Notes: generated by a model from the sequence alone, not told the origin. A stretch of DNA of 50,512 bases from a bacterium (GCA_046757165.1 JBHHXT010000013.1:1-50512); one strand, 5' to 3'. Numbered from the stretch's first letter, positions 1 to 9,743 are shown. A program made the numbers and translations.

Positions 1-91
1 TCAATCATCGGCCTGTCTGCACTCGACTCGCAAAATGTCACAGAAAAACGCAAAAAATTAAGAAATGTTCAAATGCGGGGCCATATTTCTC

Positions 92-120
92 TTTACTTTT
101 CGAGTATTATTGCATAGATT
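92..120 (+). promoter_or_regulatory. Candidate sigma70 promoter for the acyltransferase
   Basis: TTTACT-17 bp-TAGATT, ending 33 bp upstream of the ATG. Confidence 0.35.
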
Positions 121-153
121 TGCTCCATCGGTATTCTATCAGAGAGATGATTT

Positions 154-930
154 ATGAAATCGCGCAAGCGTAGTTGGCTTTTTCGTGTTACCTGGCCCGT
201 GACACATTATGTTGTCACCAACTTCTCGGTCATGATTGGCTATATTTTCTTCAATGTGCTCAATCGTTTGACCGTGATCGGACGAGAAAATGTGCCAACG
301 CGGCCGAACACTTTGCTGCTGTCAAACCATCAGAGCATGATCGACAGCTTCCTGGTTGGCATGTCCGCGTTCTTCCCTAAATCTCTATTGAACTCCTGTA
401 TTTTGCCGTGGAACCCGGCTGCAGAAGAGAACTTCTACCGCAATTCTATTCTGGCCTGGCTGGCGGACAACTGGAAATGTATCCCGATCAAGAAGGGCCG
501 CAAGGATGTCGGGGCTATCTTCAAGATGGCAGAAGCACTCAAGTCAGGTCCCATGACATTGTTTCCGGAAGGAACCCGGTCGCGCGATGGCTCGATCGGC
601 AAGCCGCGAGGCGGCGCCGGTCTGCTGATTCTGGAAACACAGCCCACCGTTATTCCGGTTTGCATCGACGGCATGGACCAGGTGCTGCCGATCGGGAAGG
701 TGGTGCCCAGAATTTTCAAACGGATTCATGTCTACTTTGGCCCACCCCTTGACCTGTCGGAGTTCTACGGTCGCGAAAAAAACAAGGATGTCGCGGAAGC
801 GATCATGAATCGTGTGATGGAGCGACTTCGCATTATGCGAACGGAGTTGCACGAAATACAAGGCCGCAACCACACGTATGCGGAGAAAGCCATCTTTGAA
901 AGTGAGGAAGTAAAGAGCCAGAAAGCATAG
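154..930 (+). CDS. Lysophospholipid / 1-acyl-sn-glycerol-3-phosphate acyltransferase (PlsC family)
   Basis: NHQSMID (HxxxxD) catalytic motif, FPEGTRS motif and VIPVCI block. Confidence 0.88.
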   Translation: MKSRKRSWLFRVTWPVTHYVVTNFSVMIGYIFFNVLNRLTVIGRENVPTRPNTLLLSNHQSMIDSFLVGMSAFFPKSLLNSCILPWNPAAEENFYRNSILAWLADNWKCIPIKKGRKDVGAIFKMAEALKSGPMTLFPEGTRSRDGSIGKPRGGAGLLILETQPTVIPVCIDGMDQVLPIGKVVPRIFKRIHVYFGPPLDLSEFYGREKNKDVAEAIMNRVMERLRIMRTELHEIQGRNHTYAEKAIFESEEVKSQKA

Positions 931-1112
931 ATCGCCTCTTTGTAATTTTTTCATTTCCTTTTTCCTCCATAGTTCTTATATTCAGCCACTCTTGCCTCTG
1001 CTTCCCGGGGAAGAATTTCAGATTTCGTTCTGTTATTAAAAGCACATATGGCATGATCCTGGTTTTCTTTGTGCACGAAAGCGAAGAGCAAGCGCCTAAC
1101 TTGTAGATAAAT

Positions 1113-4100
1113 ATGAGCATCTCGAGACAATTCACTCTATTCCTGACGCGACAAAGTCGCTCACGAAATTGTTTTGTTGTTTTTTTGCAGAAAATCAAAA
1201 CCAATCACATAGCTGCACCTCTGGCAATCCTGCTCGTTTTGCACGGCGCGAATCTTTGCTTTGGCCAACGCCAAAGGAGCGAGCCAGCCATCCAGATGCT
1301 GAGCAGCGACGCGACAGGACTGACCATCGCGTTTGCACCGAAAAACTGGCGCGAGCAGGTGTTTGTCGACGATGGCGTCGAGCTGACTCGAATCGATTTC
1401 CAGGGTGCGGTTCTGAAGGAACAGGAAGGCAATCCGCAAATCCCCTATCATGTCGCCGTGGTGGGCATGCCGGTTGGCGCCAGGCTTCGTGTGCGCATTG
1501 TGGAATCCGACTACGAGTCACGTGCCGGCGTGCGGCTGGCGCCTTTTCCAAAGGTCAAACGCGTCGATGGCTGGCCTGTACGAGAAGTTGTTTACAACCC
1601 GGAGATCTACGGCCAGGCACAATCCTTTCCCTCTGAGCTGGTTCGGGTGGATAAGCCTGTGTTCTTTCGTGACCAGCAAATCGTTCGGATCCAGGTGGCC
1701 GGCGCGCAATTTCTGCCGGCGCAGAACCGGCTTTTGAAGTACCGGCGTATCATTGTCCAGGTGAGTTTCGAGGGCGGGCAGACCGCACCGGCAGAGACCT
1801 TTGCTGTGTATTCTGAGTCAGAGGAACGTCTGTACCGAAACGTGCTGCTGAACTATGAGACGGCCCGGAGGTGGCGCAAAAGACGAAAGCAGGTTGATTT
1901 TTCAAAACAGGCAGCATTTCAGGGGACGACCTTCTATCGCTTCAATATTCAAGATGAAGGAATCTATAAAATCGATGGCCGATTCCTGGAGTCGGAGATA
2001 AGCGGCCTGAGCCTGGCCAGCATCGACCCCAGCAAGATCCGGTTGTTCAACAACGGCGGGCGTGAGCTGCCCAGGGATATCGATGCGCCCAGGCCGGAGG
2101 GGTTGGTGGAGAACGCCATTGTTGTCGATGACGACGGCGACGGGCGGTTCGACCGCGACGATTTCATCCTTTTCTACGCCAGAGGCGTGAATGGCTGGGA
2201 GTATGACCCACAGGCCGGAGAGTACAAGCACTACATAAACCATTTCACCTTCAGCAATACTTACTGGCTCTCCCTGGATGGCCAGCAGGAAGGCAAGCGC
2301 ATGTCGACCGTTACGTCGGGCACACCTGGTGCGGAGGTGATCGAAACCTACCAGGGCATGACGTTTGTGGAAGAAGAGAAGACAAATCGCCTCAACTCGG
2401 GTCTGAACTGGTTCGGGCAAGGATTTGCCGTCGATGAATTCAGCCGGTCCCACACCTGGCGCCTGGCGATGCCAAATGCCAGAGCCGGAGAAGAAGGGCG
2501 GTTCGAGTTTCGCTTTGCAGCCCTGAATCAGGGCACGCATCGTTTCACCATCCGGATGAACGGAAAGACAGTTGCGAGCACGCAGTTTTCGGGGTTGCTT
2601 GGGGATTTCAGCGGCAGCTTTTTGAGGATGCGCCTGAGAGATGAAACGTTCTCGGCCAGGGATGTTATGATACCGGGTGAAAATGAGCTCGAGCTGTCTT
2701 ATGCTCACTCGGCGACGTTTGGTCAGGCTTTTCTGGATTGGTTTGAGATATTCTATCCAGCGCAGATGCAGGCCGTGGAGGACGAATTGGTTTTCTCAGT
2801 CGTGCCGAGCAATGGGCTGAGGACGTATCGAGTTTCCGGATTCAGCAGCAGCGATATTCAGCTTTTTGATGTGACGGATTTTTCCGAGGCCAAGCGGGTG
2901 ACGGGCGGCACTCTTTCGAATGGGATCCTCACCTTTGCCGACGTTCAGGAGGCGGACGCCCCCAAACGCTATGCCGCAGTTTCTGCCAGCAAGTTTAGAC
3001 CGGTTGAGAACCTGGAGCGGACTGAATTTCGAGACCTTCGAGACCCCGCGGCTGCGGAAAACGACCCTGCCGAATTTGTTATCATTACTCATAATGACTT
3101 TTTTTCGCAAGCGGAGCGACTGGAGAGTTTTCGAGAAAACGGCAGTCCCACCAACCGTTTGGCCACGAGAGTGGTTCGTCTCACGGACATCTTTGACAAT
3201 TTTTCCGGCGGCTTGTTCGATCCCACTGCCATCCGCGATTTCTTGAAGCATGCGTTTGAAAACTGGCGAACCCGCCCATTGTACGTGCTTCTCCTGGGAG
3301 ATGGCACATACGATTACAAGAACAGCACGATAAATTTCATCCCGACTTTTCAGAGCGATGAGTTGGGCGATGAGAACCAAAGAATGCTCCGAGAGCTTGA
3401 AAGCCGGACGACCGATAGCTGGTTTACCTATCTGGATGAAAGCAATGATTTTCCCGGCACGCCGGTTATGGATATGGTTATCGGCCGGCTCAATGCACAA
3501 ACGATTGCAGATGCGAAAAACGTCATCGACAAAATCATCGACTACGAATCTCGTCCGCAGCGCGGCAACTGGCGCAATACCATAACTATCGTTGGCGATG
3601 ACGAGCTGGTCACCGGCGGCCAGGCCAGCGCGCAGGATGCGGCCCTGCACATTCCACAGGCGGAGAGCCTTGCTGAAACCTACATCCCGCGCAGTTTTGA
3701 GGTGCAAAAAATCTACTTGTCTGAGTTTCCGAAAGTCACCAGCGCAGCGATTGGTGGGTTTACCAAGCCAGCGGCAAAGGAGACCCTGCTGCGGCAGATG
3801 AATCAGGGGACCCTGATTGTCAACTATATTGGCCATGGCAACTCATCTCTGTGGGCCCATGAGCATATTTTCGAGACTTCCGATAACGACAGGGTGCAAA
3901 ATCAGGATAAGCTGATTTTCTTTGTGGCGGCGACTTGTGACTGGGCGCTCTTCGACGACCCATCACCGTCCGGACAGAGCCAGGCCGAGGACCTCCTCCT
4001 TGCTGAAGACAGAGGCGCGATTGCCGTACTCTCCTCGGCGCGTCTGGTCTTCTCCTCGACGAACTTTAGTTTCAGCAAGAAATATTACGACAATCTCTTC

Positions 4101-5357
4101 ACTGAAGCAGGCTCAACCAGCCGCATCGGCGAGGCGTTCGTCATCACAAGGATTCAGAACAACAGTCGGGTCAATGATGAAAAGTATCACATCTACGGGG
4201 ATCCAACCTTGAGATTAGCCGTGCCGCAGCAACAAGCCGTGATCACCTCCATGACGCCAGATTCCATTCTCGCCTTATCCACGATTGAGGTGGAGGGCGA
4301 AATTCGCCAGGATTCGCAACTTGCGAGTACCTTTAATGGTACAGCATTTATCAATACCCTTGATTCACGGAGGTTTGTGGTGCACAAGCCTGAGGCTGGC
4401 TCGAACCAGGAGTATTTCTTACCTGGCAATTCTATTTACCGGGGCACGGTTCCAGTGACCAATGGGGTCTTCAAAGCCAGGTTTATCGTTCCCAAAGACA
4501 TCTCTTACGGCGGCAGGCAGGCTCGTGTCGGCGTTTATTTCTGGAACGACGAACTCGATGGCTCTGGCTTCAGAGAAAATATTGTAGTCAGCAGCTCGAC
4601 CGCGAATCTGGTTGACGGACAGGGTCCGCAAATCCGAATCTATTTCAGAGAGCACGAAAATTTTACTACCGGCGATATCGTGGACGAGAGCGTCACGATG
4701 GTCGTCGATCTGGCCGATACTATTAGCGGAATCAACATCGCGGGTGAAATCGGACACAGGCTAACCTTGAGTATCGACCCGAACGAAGAGACCTGCCTGT
4801 CGCAATTGAACCGATTTCAAGGCACAAACATCATCGATTTGACTGATCTATTCCAATTCAACGAGGGGGACCATCTGGCTGGCAAAGTGGAGTTTCCACT
4901 TCATTTTCCGGCCGAGGTCGATATCGCCGGCAGCACGGTGCGGTGCCAATCTCTCGAAGGCGAACAACGACACCGGCTGGTGGTCAAGGCGTGGGACAAT
5001 TCGAATAATTCATCGACGGCTGCTGCCGAAGTTTTGGTCGTCCACGAAGAGGGCCTGGTTTTGCGTGAAGTCATGAACTACCCCAACCCATTTAGAGACA
5101 GAACCACCTTCACATTTTTTGCCAATCAGGACGCCGAGGTCAGGATAAAGATCTACACTGTCGCCGGACAATTGATCCAAACAGTGGAATATCTCAATGT
5201 CAGAAATGGTTTTAACATGATAGATTGGGATGGCCGTGATGCGCAGGGGGACATTCCCGCCAACGGCGTTTACCTCTACAAGTTGATAGCAAAAGCTCAG
5301 GGCAGCAATGGTCTGATGCAGAAAGAAGCCATAGGAAGATTAGCGATTATTCGTTGA
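1113..5357 (+). CDS. porU: PorU-like type IX secretion sortase (peptidase C25/gingipain family) with N-terminal propeptide-like region and C-terminal FlgD-Ig/CTD-like domain
   Basis: C25 motifs DPTAIRDFL, YVLLLGDG, NYIGHG (catalytic His), VAATCD (catalytic Cys) and YGDP. C-terminus has NYPNPF...IYTVAGQ...WDGRD...NGVYLY. The true start may be TTG at 1185, just before a signal-peptide-like stretch. Confidence 0.85.
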   Translation: MSISRQFTLFLTRQSRSRNCFVVFLQKIKTNHIAAPLAILLVLHGANLCFGQRQRSEPAIQMLSSDATGLTIAFAPKNWREQVFVDDGVELTRIDFQGAVLKEQEGNPQIPYHVAVVGMPVGARLRVRIVESDYESRAGVRLAPFPKVKRVDGWPVREVVYNPEIYGQAQSFPSELVRVDKPVFFRDQQIVRIQVAGAQFLPAQNRLLKYRRIIVQVSFEGGQTAPAETFAVYSESEERLYRNVLLNYETARRWRKRRKQVDFSKQAAFQGTTFYRFNIQDEGIYKIDGRFLESEISGLSLASIDPSKIRLFNNGGRELPRDIDAPRPEGLVENAIVVDDDGDGRFDRDDFILFYARGVNGWEYDPQAGEYKHYINHFTFSNTYWLSLDGQQEGKRMSTVTSGTPGAEVIETYQGMTFVEEEKTNRLNSGLNWFGQGFAVDEFSRSHTWRLAMPNARAGEEGRFEFRFAALNQGTHRFTIRMNGKTVASTQFSGLLGDFSGSFLRMRLRDETFSARDVMIPGENELELSYAHSATFGQAFLDWFEIFYPAQMQAVEDELVFSVVPSNGLRTYRVSGFSSSDIQLFDVTDFSEAKRVTGGTLSNGILTFADVQEADAPKRYAAVSASKFRPVENLERTEFRDLRDPAAAENDPAEFVIITHNDFFSQAERLESFRENGSPTNRLATRVVRLTDIFDNFSGGLFDPTAIRDFLKHAFENWRTRPLYVLLLGDGTYDYKNSTINFIPTFQSDELGDENQRMLRELESRTTDSWFTYLDESNDFPGTPVMDMVIGRLNAQTIADAKNVIDKIIDYESRPQRGNWRNTITIVGDDELVTGGQASAQDAALHIPQAESLAETYIPRSFEVQKIYLSEFPKVTSAAIGGFTKPAAKETLLRQMNQGTLIVNYIGHGNSSLWAHEHIFETSDNDRVQNQDKLIFFVAATCDWALFDDPSPSGQSQAEDLLLAEDRGAIAVLSSARLVFSSTNFSFSKKYYDNLFTEAGSTSRIGEAFVITRIQNNSRVNDEKYHIYGDPTLRLAVPQQQAVITSMTPDSILALSTIEVEGEIRQDSQLASTFNGTAFINTLDSRRFVVHKPEAGSNQEYFLPGNSIYRGTVPVTNGVFKARFIVPKDISYGGRQARVGVYFWNDELDGSGFRENIVVSSSTANLVDGQGPQIRIYFREHENFTTGDIVDESVTMVVDLADTISGINIAGEIGHRLTLSIDPNEETCLSQLNRFQGTNIIDLTDLFQFNEGDHLAGKVEFPLHFPAEVDIAGSTVRCQSLEGEQRHRLVVKAWDNSNNSSTAAAEVLVVHEEGLVLREVMNYPNPFRDRTTFTFFANQDAEVRIKIYTVAGQLIQTVEYLNVRNGFNMIDWDGRDAQGDIPANGVYLYKLIAKAQGSNGLMQKEAIGRLAIIR

Positions 5358-5387
5358 AGTGATTCATAGCCGGAAGGAAAGACAACC

Positions 5388-5930
5388 ATGAAAAAGAAAG
5401 CCTTGACCGCTATTGTGTTTGCCATACCTCTCCTGGCGTTTTCAGTCCGCGTTGCAACAACAACCGGAAACGAGGATGCCACGGGCTCAAAGAAGACCGG
5501 AATTCAATGGACGACCTTTGACAAGGGGATGGACCAGGCCAAGAAGGAAAAGAAGTTACTCGTCGTTGATTTTTATACGGATTGGTGCCATTGGTGCCGC
5601 GTCATGGATAAAGAAACCTATGGCGACCAGGCGGTGGTCGAATATGCCAAGGACAAGATCGTGATGGCGAAACTCAACGCCGAGACATCAGAAAAGTTCA
5701 GATTCAAGGAAGCCCAATATTCGGGCCGGGAACTCTCGATGATTTTCGGCGTCACAGGATTCCCCACCACGGTATTTATGAGCGCTGACGGCGAATTTTT
5801 GACCAAAGTGTCAGGCTTCATCCCGGCCGATAAGTTCCGTACGATCTTGAAATATTTTACTGAAAATTGGCACGAGAAGATGAAATTCGATGAATTCGAA
5901 AAAAAACAGGCCAGCAAGAATAAGAGTTGA
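5388..5930 (+). CDS. Exported thioredoxin-fold protein (SoxW/DUF255-like)
   Basis: N-terminal signal peptide, VDFYTDWCHWC active site, GFPT cis-Pro loop. Confidence 0.85.
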   Translation: MKKKALTAIVFAIPLLAFSVRVATTTGNEDATGSKKTGIQWTTFDKGMDQAKKEKKLLVVDFYTDWCHWCRVMDKETYGDQAVVEYAKDKIVMAKLNAETSEKFRFKEAQYSGRELSMIFGVTGFPTTVFMSADGEFLTKVSGFIPADKFRTILKYFTENWHEKMKFDEFEKKQASKNKS

Positions 5931-6159
5931 AATCTATTCAAAGGCGGATTGTCATCTATGTGACGTGGCCAAAGCAACCTTGTTGAGCGTTCAGCAGACG
6001 ATTCCATTTGAGCTCGACGAAATCGACATCACTCGAGACCGGAACTTGTTTGAAAAATACAAAGAGCAAATTCCGGTCGTTTTCATTAATGGCAGAAAGG
6101 CTTTCAAATTTCGTGTAGACGACGGGAAGTTGCGCAAGAAACTGAAGCGCATGGTTTAG
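5890..6159 (+). CDS. Glutaredoxin-like protein (DUF836 type)
   Basis: IYSKADCHLCD, EIDI and IPVVFING motifs. Overlaps the upstream gene by 41 bp. Confidence 0.82.
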   Translation: MNSKKNRPARIRVEIYSKADCHLCDVAKATLLSVQQTIPFELDEIDITRDRNLFEKYKEQIPVVFINGRKAFKFRVDDGKLRKKLKRMV

Positions 6160-6292
6160 GAGCCTGCCCACCCCTCTGTTTCTGCAAGACTCACCTTTAA
6201 CGCCACGAACTCCTCACGGTCACAGAATAGAGGCCGCCAACGCAGGGCATCTCGAAAAGAGTAAACTCGCTGGCAGAACGCATGCAATTCTG

Positions 6293-6320
6293 TTGACTTA
6301 GGTGAAGAGATTTCTATATT
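6293..6320 (+). promoter_or_regulatory. Candidate sigma70 promoter for superoxide dismutase
   Basis: TTGACT-16 bp-TATATT. A strong AAGGAGG RBS precedes the ATG at 6414. Confidence 0.45.
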
Positions 6321-6413
6321 TAGTGATTGACCGAAAGCTCCGCTATTTGATGTCATCTAATTAATTAATCATTCCAAGGGTCTAATCCCGAGAGATAAGT
6401 AAGGAGGTAATTC

Positions 6414-7040
6414 ATGGCGTATGAATGGAAGTTCAACTCACGGCCTTACTCAGATGGTGAGGCAAAATCGTTGCTCAAAGAGGTCATCTCGCCAGAGACA
6501 TCCGACTGGCACTACAATACACATCACAAAGGGTACGTTACCTTTTTGAATAAAATAGAGCAGGCATTGCAAGGTGCGGATGTCGCGGCGGCTAACGGCA
6601 ACTGGAGTGAATTCGGCGAGCTCAAACGGCGATTCACCTGGAATCACTCGGGCGCTTTGCTACATGATGTCTACTGGGAAGTCATGGGGGGCGATGGCGA
6701 TGTCAGCAAAGGGCCCGAGATCGAAGCGGCCCTTGAAAACCATTTCGGCTCCGTCGACAACTGGAAGGCAGACTTCAAAGCAGCCGCCTTTGCAGCCAAA
6801 TTGAGCGGATGGGGATTGCTGGTTTACGATGCGCTTTATTCCCGGCGACTGGTCAACGTACTGGTTGACGAGCACCAATATGGCGCCATTTGGGGGGGCA
6901 TTCCGCTCATCTCATGCGATGTCTTTGAACATGCCTACTACCACAAGGATGGGCCCGGCCGCGCAAAATATATAGACAATTTCCTGAACAATCTGCATTG
7001 GGGCAGGATCAATGAGCGCTTTAAGAAGTATGTCGCCTGA
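6414..7040 (+). CDS. sod: Fe/Mn superoxide dismutase
   Basis: Metal ligands in HYNTHHKGYV, LLHDVYW and DVFEHAYY, plus the SGWG motif. Confidence 0.92.
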   Translation: MAYEWKFNSRPYSDGEAKSLLKEVISPETSDWHYNTHHKGYVTFLNKIEQALQGADVAAANGNWSEFGELKRRFTWNHSGALLHDVYWEVMGGDGDVSKGPEIEAALENHFGSVDNWKADFKAAAFAAKLSGWGLLVYDALYSRRLVNVLVDEHQYGAIWGGIPLISCDVFEHAYYHKDGPGRAKYIDNFLNNLHWGRINERFKKYVA

Positions 7041-7085
7041 GCCGGCCCGGTCGGAAATTCGTAATCGTAGGCTCTAAATTCGAAA
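7036..7085 (+). repeat. Dispersed heptamer-periodic intergenic repeat, copy 1
   Basis: cggaaattcgtaatcgtaggctctaaattcgaaa (7052-7085) matches the reverse complement of 32660-32693 at 30/34 positions. Both copies have cctgagcc at or near the 5' end. Confidence 0.7.
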
Positions 7086-7181
7086 GCAGGAACCAACTCG
7101 GAGGCGCCTGCCGACTTTTGGCAGAATGATGGGAACAGGAGTTGTTCGGGATGGGCTGTGGGTTGCAATCGTGAATGGTAT

Positions 7182-9743
7182 TCAAAATGTCAGGGTGGTA
7201 CCGATCCGCAGCCTACGGCCCTGGTCTGAGCTCAGAGGGTCAAACAAGCGGTAAGCGCGCACGCCCGTGTCGTCGGGCTCGTCGATGATGTTTTGTTCAT
7301 CAAACAAGTTGCGGATTTCGAAAAACGGGGTTAAATGCCCACGCAAGAATCGGCTCGTGTGCCAGATCACTTTCACATCGAACAGATTTCTCCATGCCAG
7401 TCGTGTGTCATTTGGCGTGGAGCTACTTGCTGTGGTCACGGGTAAGGGACTGAAGAGGCGATACAGCACATTGAAGGTCAAGTTGCTCGCCTCGTACTCG
7501 GCATCAAGGATGAACGAGTGCCGTTGATCCCAGCTCAGCGGAAATTCCGTTTTTCCCTCGAGTTGGAGTTGTGTGTTGAATAAAGTGTTCTTGAATCCAT
7601 CTTCCGCTGTCGAGCTTGTGCCGCGCGCTTTCATATACGTGTAGCTCATTCGTGCTGATATAGCACTGGTGAACCGTTTTTGCAGCGTAACTTCCAACCC
7701 CCTGGCGTGGCCAAACGCAGAGTTCAGATACTGAGAGTAGCCCACGTTGTCAACCCTTTCTTCGATCTGATCCTGGCCCAGAATGTACGTCTGCGTATCG
7801 ATCAAGTTTTTGAATTTCTTGGTGAAGCCGGTCAAGACAAAGAGCCAATCGTCAGATACAACACGTTTATAACTCAGTTCGGTTGAGACGGTTCTGCTCG
7901 GCGCGAGGTCGATATTTCCAACAAAGGGCAAATAGGTGTCGATGCGGTAATCAGAATTCGTGTAAAGATAGTAGAGGGGCGGCATCTGATGGTACCATCC
8001 ATAGTTGAAGTGCACGCCTTCATTCTTTGACAGCCGGAGCGAAACGCCAAGACGCGGGGAGAGTGGATTGTGTTCCATCGATTTCGTGTTCGGCGCAGGA
8101 CTATTCAACCTTCTCTGGATTCGCTTGAACGGCAGAGGAAGTTCTTCTATGGAAATCTTCGGGTCGAAGACATCGTAACGCAGTCCTATATTGGCGGTGA
8201 TTCCCCTGAATTCGATCTTGTCCTGGATGTAGAGGGCGTAAAAGGTCGGGCGGTAGTCGAAGTCATTTTCGACGCGATTGAAAGCAATCGACTGCACCGT
8301 ATTCTGATTCCCCTTCTGCGGAAGGGCGGTGAACTGGATCTTCTCTGAGCGCAAACGAAAGTTCTGAACCTCGATTCCGGTTTTTACTAAATGGTGGGAC
8401 GTCACCTGGCCGACCAGGTCTACCTTCAGAAGATTGATGTCTTCTTTCGTTTCCTCGTTCCAGGGTTGGCTCCCACTGGTCACGAGGCTTCGTGGGTCGG
8501 TTGGGTCTTTGAACAGAATGTTCGGCGACTCGTCATCGATTTCTCCCAGGATAAGTCGTTTGGTGGAGTAATTTGCCAGTCTCAGGGAAGCAAAGAACTT
8601 TGGACTAAATGTGTGAGTTATCGAGGCACTTAACCGGTGGCTAAAATGCTTGTTCTCAGCAAGCCCATCCGGATTGAGCTGCCACTGCGGGTCGAATTGA
8701 TGCCATTTCCAGTTGGAGAGTAGTGCTTGAAACGTCAGGATGGTATTCTGGGCAATGTCGAAAGATAATTTTGAGTTGATGTTATAGTTGGTAAAAATAG
8801 GGGTATCAAATGCTTCTTGCATTTGTTTGCGATGCGCCGTATCGCTGAGATTGAGGTCTGCCGACACAAAATACTTGGCGCTGATGAGCGGCCCGCCTAG
8901 CCCGATGGTAAGTGGCCCGCCGAGGTTGAATTCAAGTCTGCGTGAATTGTCGTTGTTGTTCAGGCGGGTCTCAAAGGAATCTGTGTAAAACTTCAGGTTT
9001 CCTTCGACCTTATTGCGCCCATCTCGAGTGATGACATTCACCAGTCCAGAAGACGCGTGACCATATTCTGCATTGAAGCCTCCGGTCTGAACCATGGTTT
9101 CGACGACCGAGCTATTGGGAAAGGCGCTGGCGATTTCTCTCGAGAATGCGCTCTGAATCGGCAGGCCGTCCAGCAGGTACAGCGCGCCGGTCTCACGGCT
9201 CCCTCGTACGTGACTGCCGACCACTCCGGGCAGCAGGGAGACAGCGTCGAGATATGAATCGATGGGCAGCTTTTTGTTGATGTCGTCCCCGGAAATGAAG
9301 TACGTAGAAGAGGTGATTTCGCTTTGAATCAACTTCTTTTGGTCCGTAACGACGACTTCCCGCAGCGACAAAACTTCTGTTGATAAATGAAAGTCTAATT
9401 GTGTATTCAGGTCAACGTTGATCTGCACATTTTTGATGGTGAGCTTAGAGTAGCCAATCATGTTCGCGCTAACGTCGTAGGAGCCGGCGGGCAAATTGTG
9501 AATCATGAAGAGACCGCTTTTGTCGGCCATCGTGCCCATGGTCGTGCCTTCGACGACGATGGCAGCTCCAGGCAGAATCTGACCGGTTTCCTGATCCATG
9601 ACTTTGCCGGAGAGGGTTCCTGTGATACCAGCGTGCAGGGAGTTCACCAGGAGAGGCGGGATGAGAAACAAAAGAATGATGGCAAGCTTGTGGTTCACGT
9701 TTACCGTAACAGATAATGACTCAAACCGAAATAGCCCTGACAT
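7182..9743 (-). CDS. TonB-dependent outer-membrane receptor with N-terminal carboxypeptidase-regulatory-like domain
   Basis: Signal peptide; GTLSGKVMD...LPGA...NLPAGSY N-domain; plug motifs HVRGSR, YLLDG and GGFNAEYG...SGLVNVIT; barrel motifs YIQDK, GLRYD and SPRLG; C-terminal Phe. The start may be a slightly downstream GTG. Confidence 0.9.
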   Translation of the reverse strand: MSGLFRFESLSVTVNVNHKLAIILLFLIPPLLVNSLHAGITGTLSGKVMDQETGQILPGAAIVVEGTTMGTMADKSGLFMIHNLPAGSYDVSANMIGYSKLTIKNVQINVDLNTQLDFHLSTEVLSLREVVVTDQKKLIQSEITSSTYFISGDDINKKLPIDSYLDAVSLLPGVVGSHVRGSRETGALYLLDGLPIQSAFSREIASAFPNSSVVETMVQTGGFNAEYGHASSGLVNVITRDGRNKVEGNLKFYTDSFETRLNNNDNSRRLEFNLGGPLTIGLGGPLISAKYFVSADLNLSDTAHRKQMQEAFDTPIFTNYNINSKLSFDIAQNTILTFQALLSNWKWHQFDPQWQLNPDGLAENKHFSHRLSASITHTFSPKFFASLRLANYSTKRLILGEIDDESPNILFKDPTDPRSLVTSGSQPWNEETKEDINLLKVDLVGQVTSHHLVKTGIEVQNFRLRSEKIQFTALPQKGNQNTVQSIAFNRVENDFDYRPTFYALYIQDKIEFRGITANIGLRYDVFDPKISIEELPLPFKRIQRRLNSPAPNTKSMEHNPLSPRLGVSLRLSKNEGVHFNYGWYHQMPPLYYLYTNSDYRIDTYLPFVGNIDLAPSRTVSTELSYKRVVSDDWLFVLTGFTKKFKNLIDTQTYILGQDQIEERVDNVGYSQYLNSAFGHARGLEVTLQKRFTSAISARMSYTYMKARGTSSTAEDGFKNTLFNTQLQLEGKTEFPLSWDQRHSFILDAEYEASNLTFNVLYRLFSPLPVTTASSSTPNDTRLAWRNLFDVKVIWHTSRFLRGHLTPFFEIRNLFDEQNIIDEPDDTGVRAYRLFDPLSSDQGRRLRIGTTLTF

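Noticed and set aside
1048..1066. TGGCATGAT upstream of porU as a sigma54 promoter
   Set aside because: The -12 position reads GT rather than GC at the required spacing.
6270..6287. CTGGCAGAACGCATGCAA upstream of sod as a sigma54 promoter
   Set aside because: GG-N10-GC spacing is correct but the -12 element lacks TT, and a sigma70-like promoter lies just downstream. Too weak to call.
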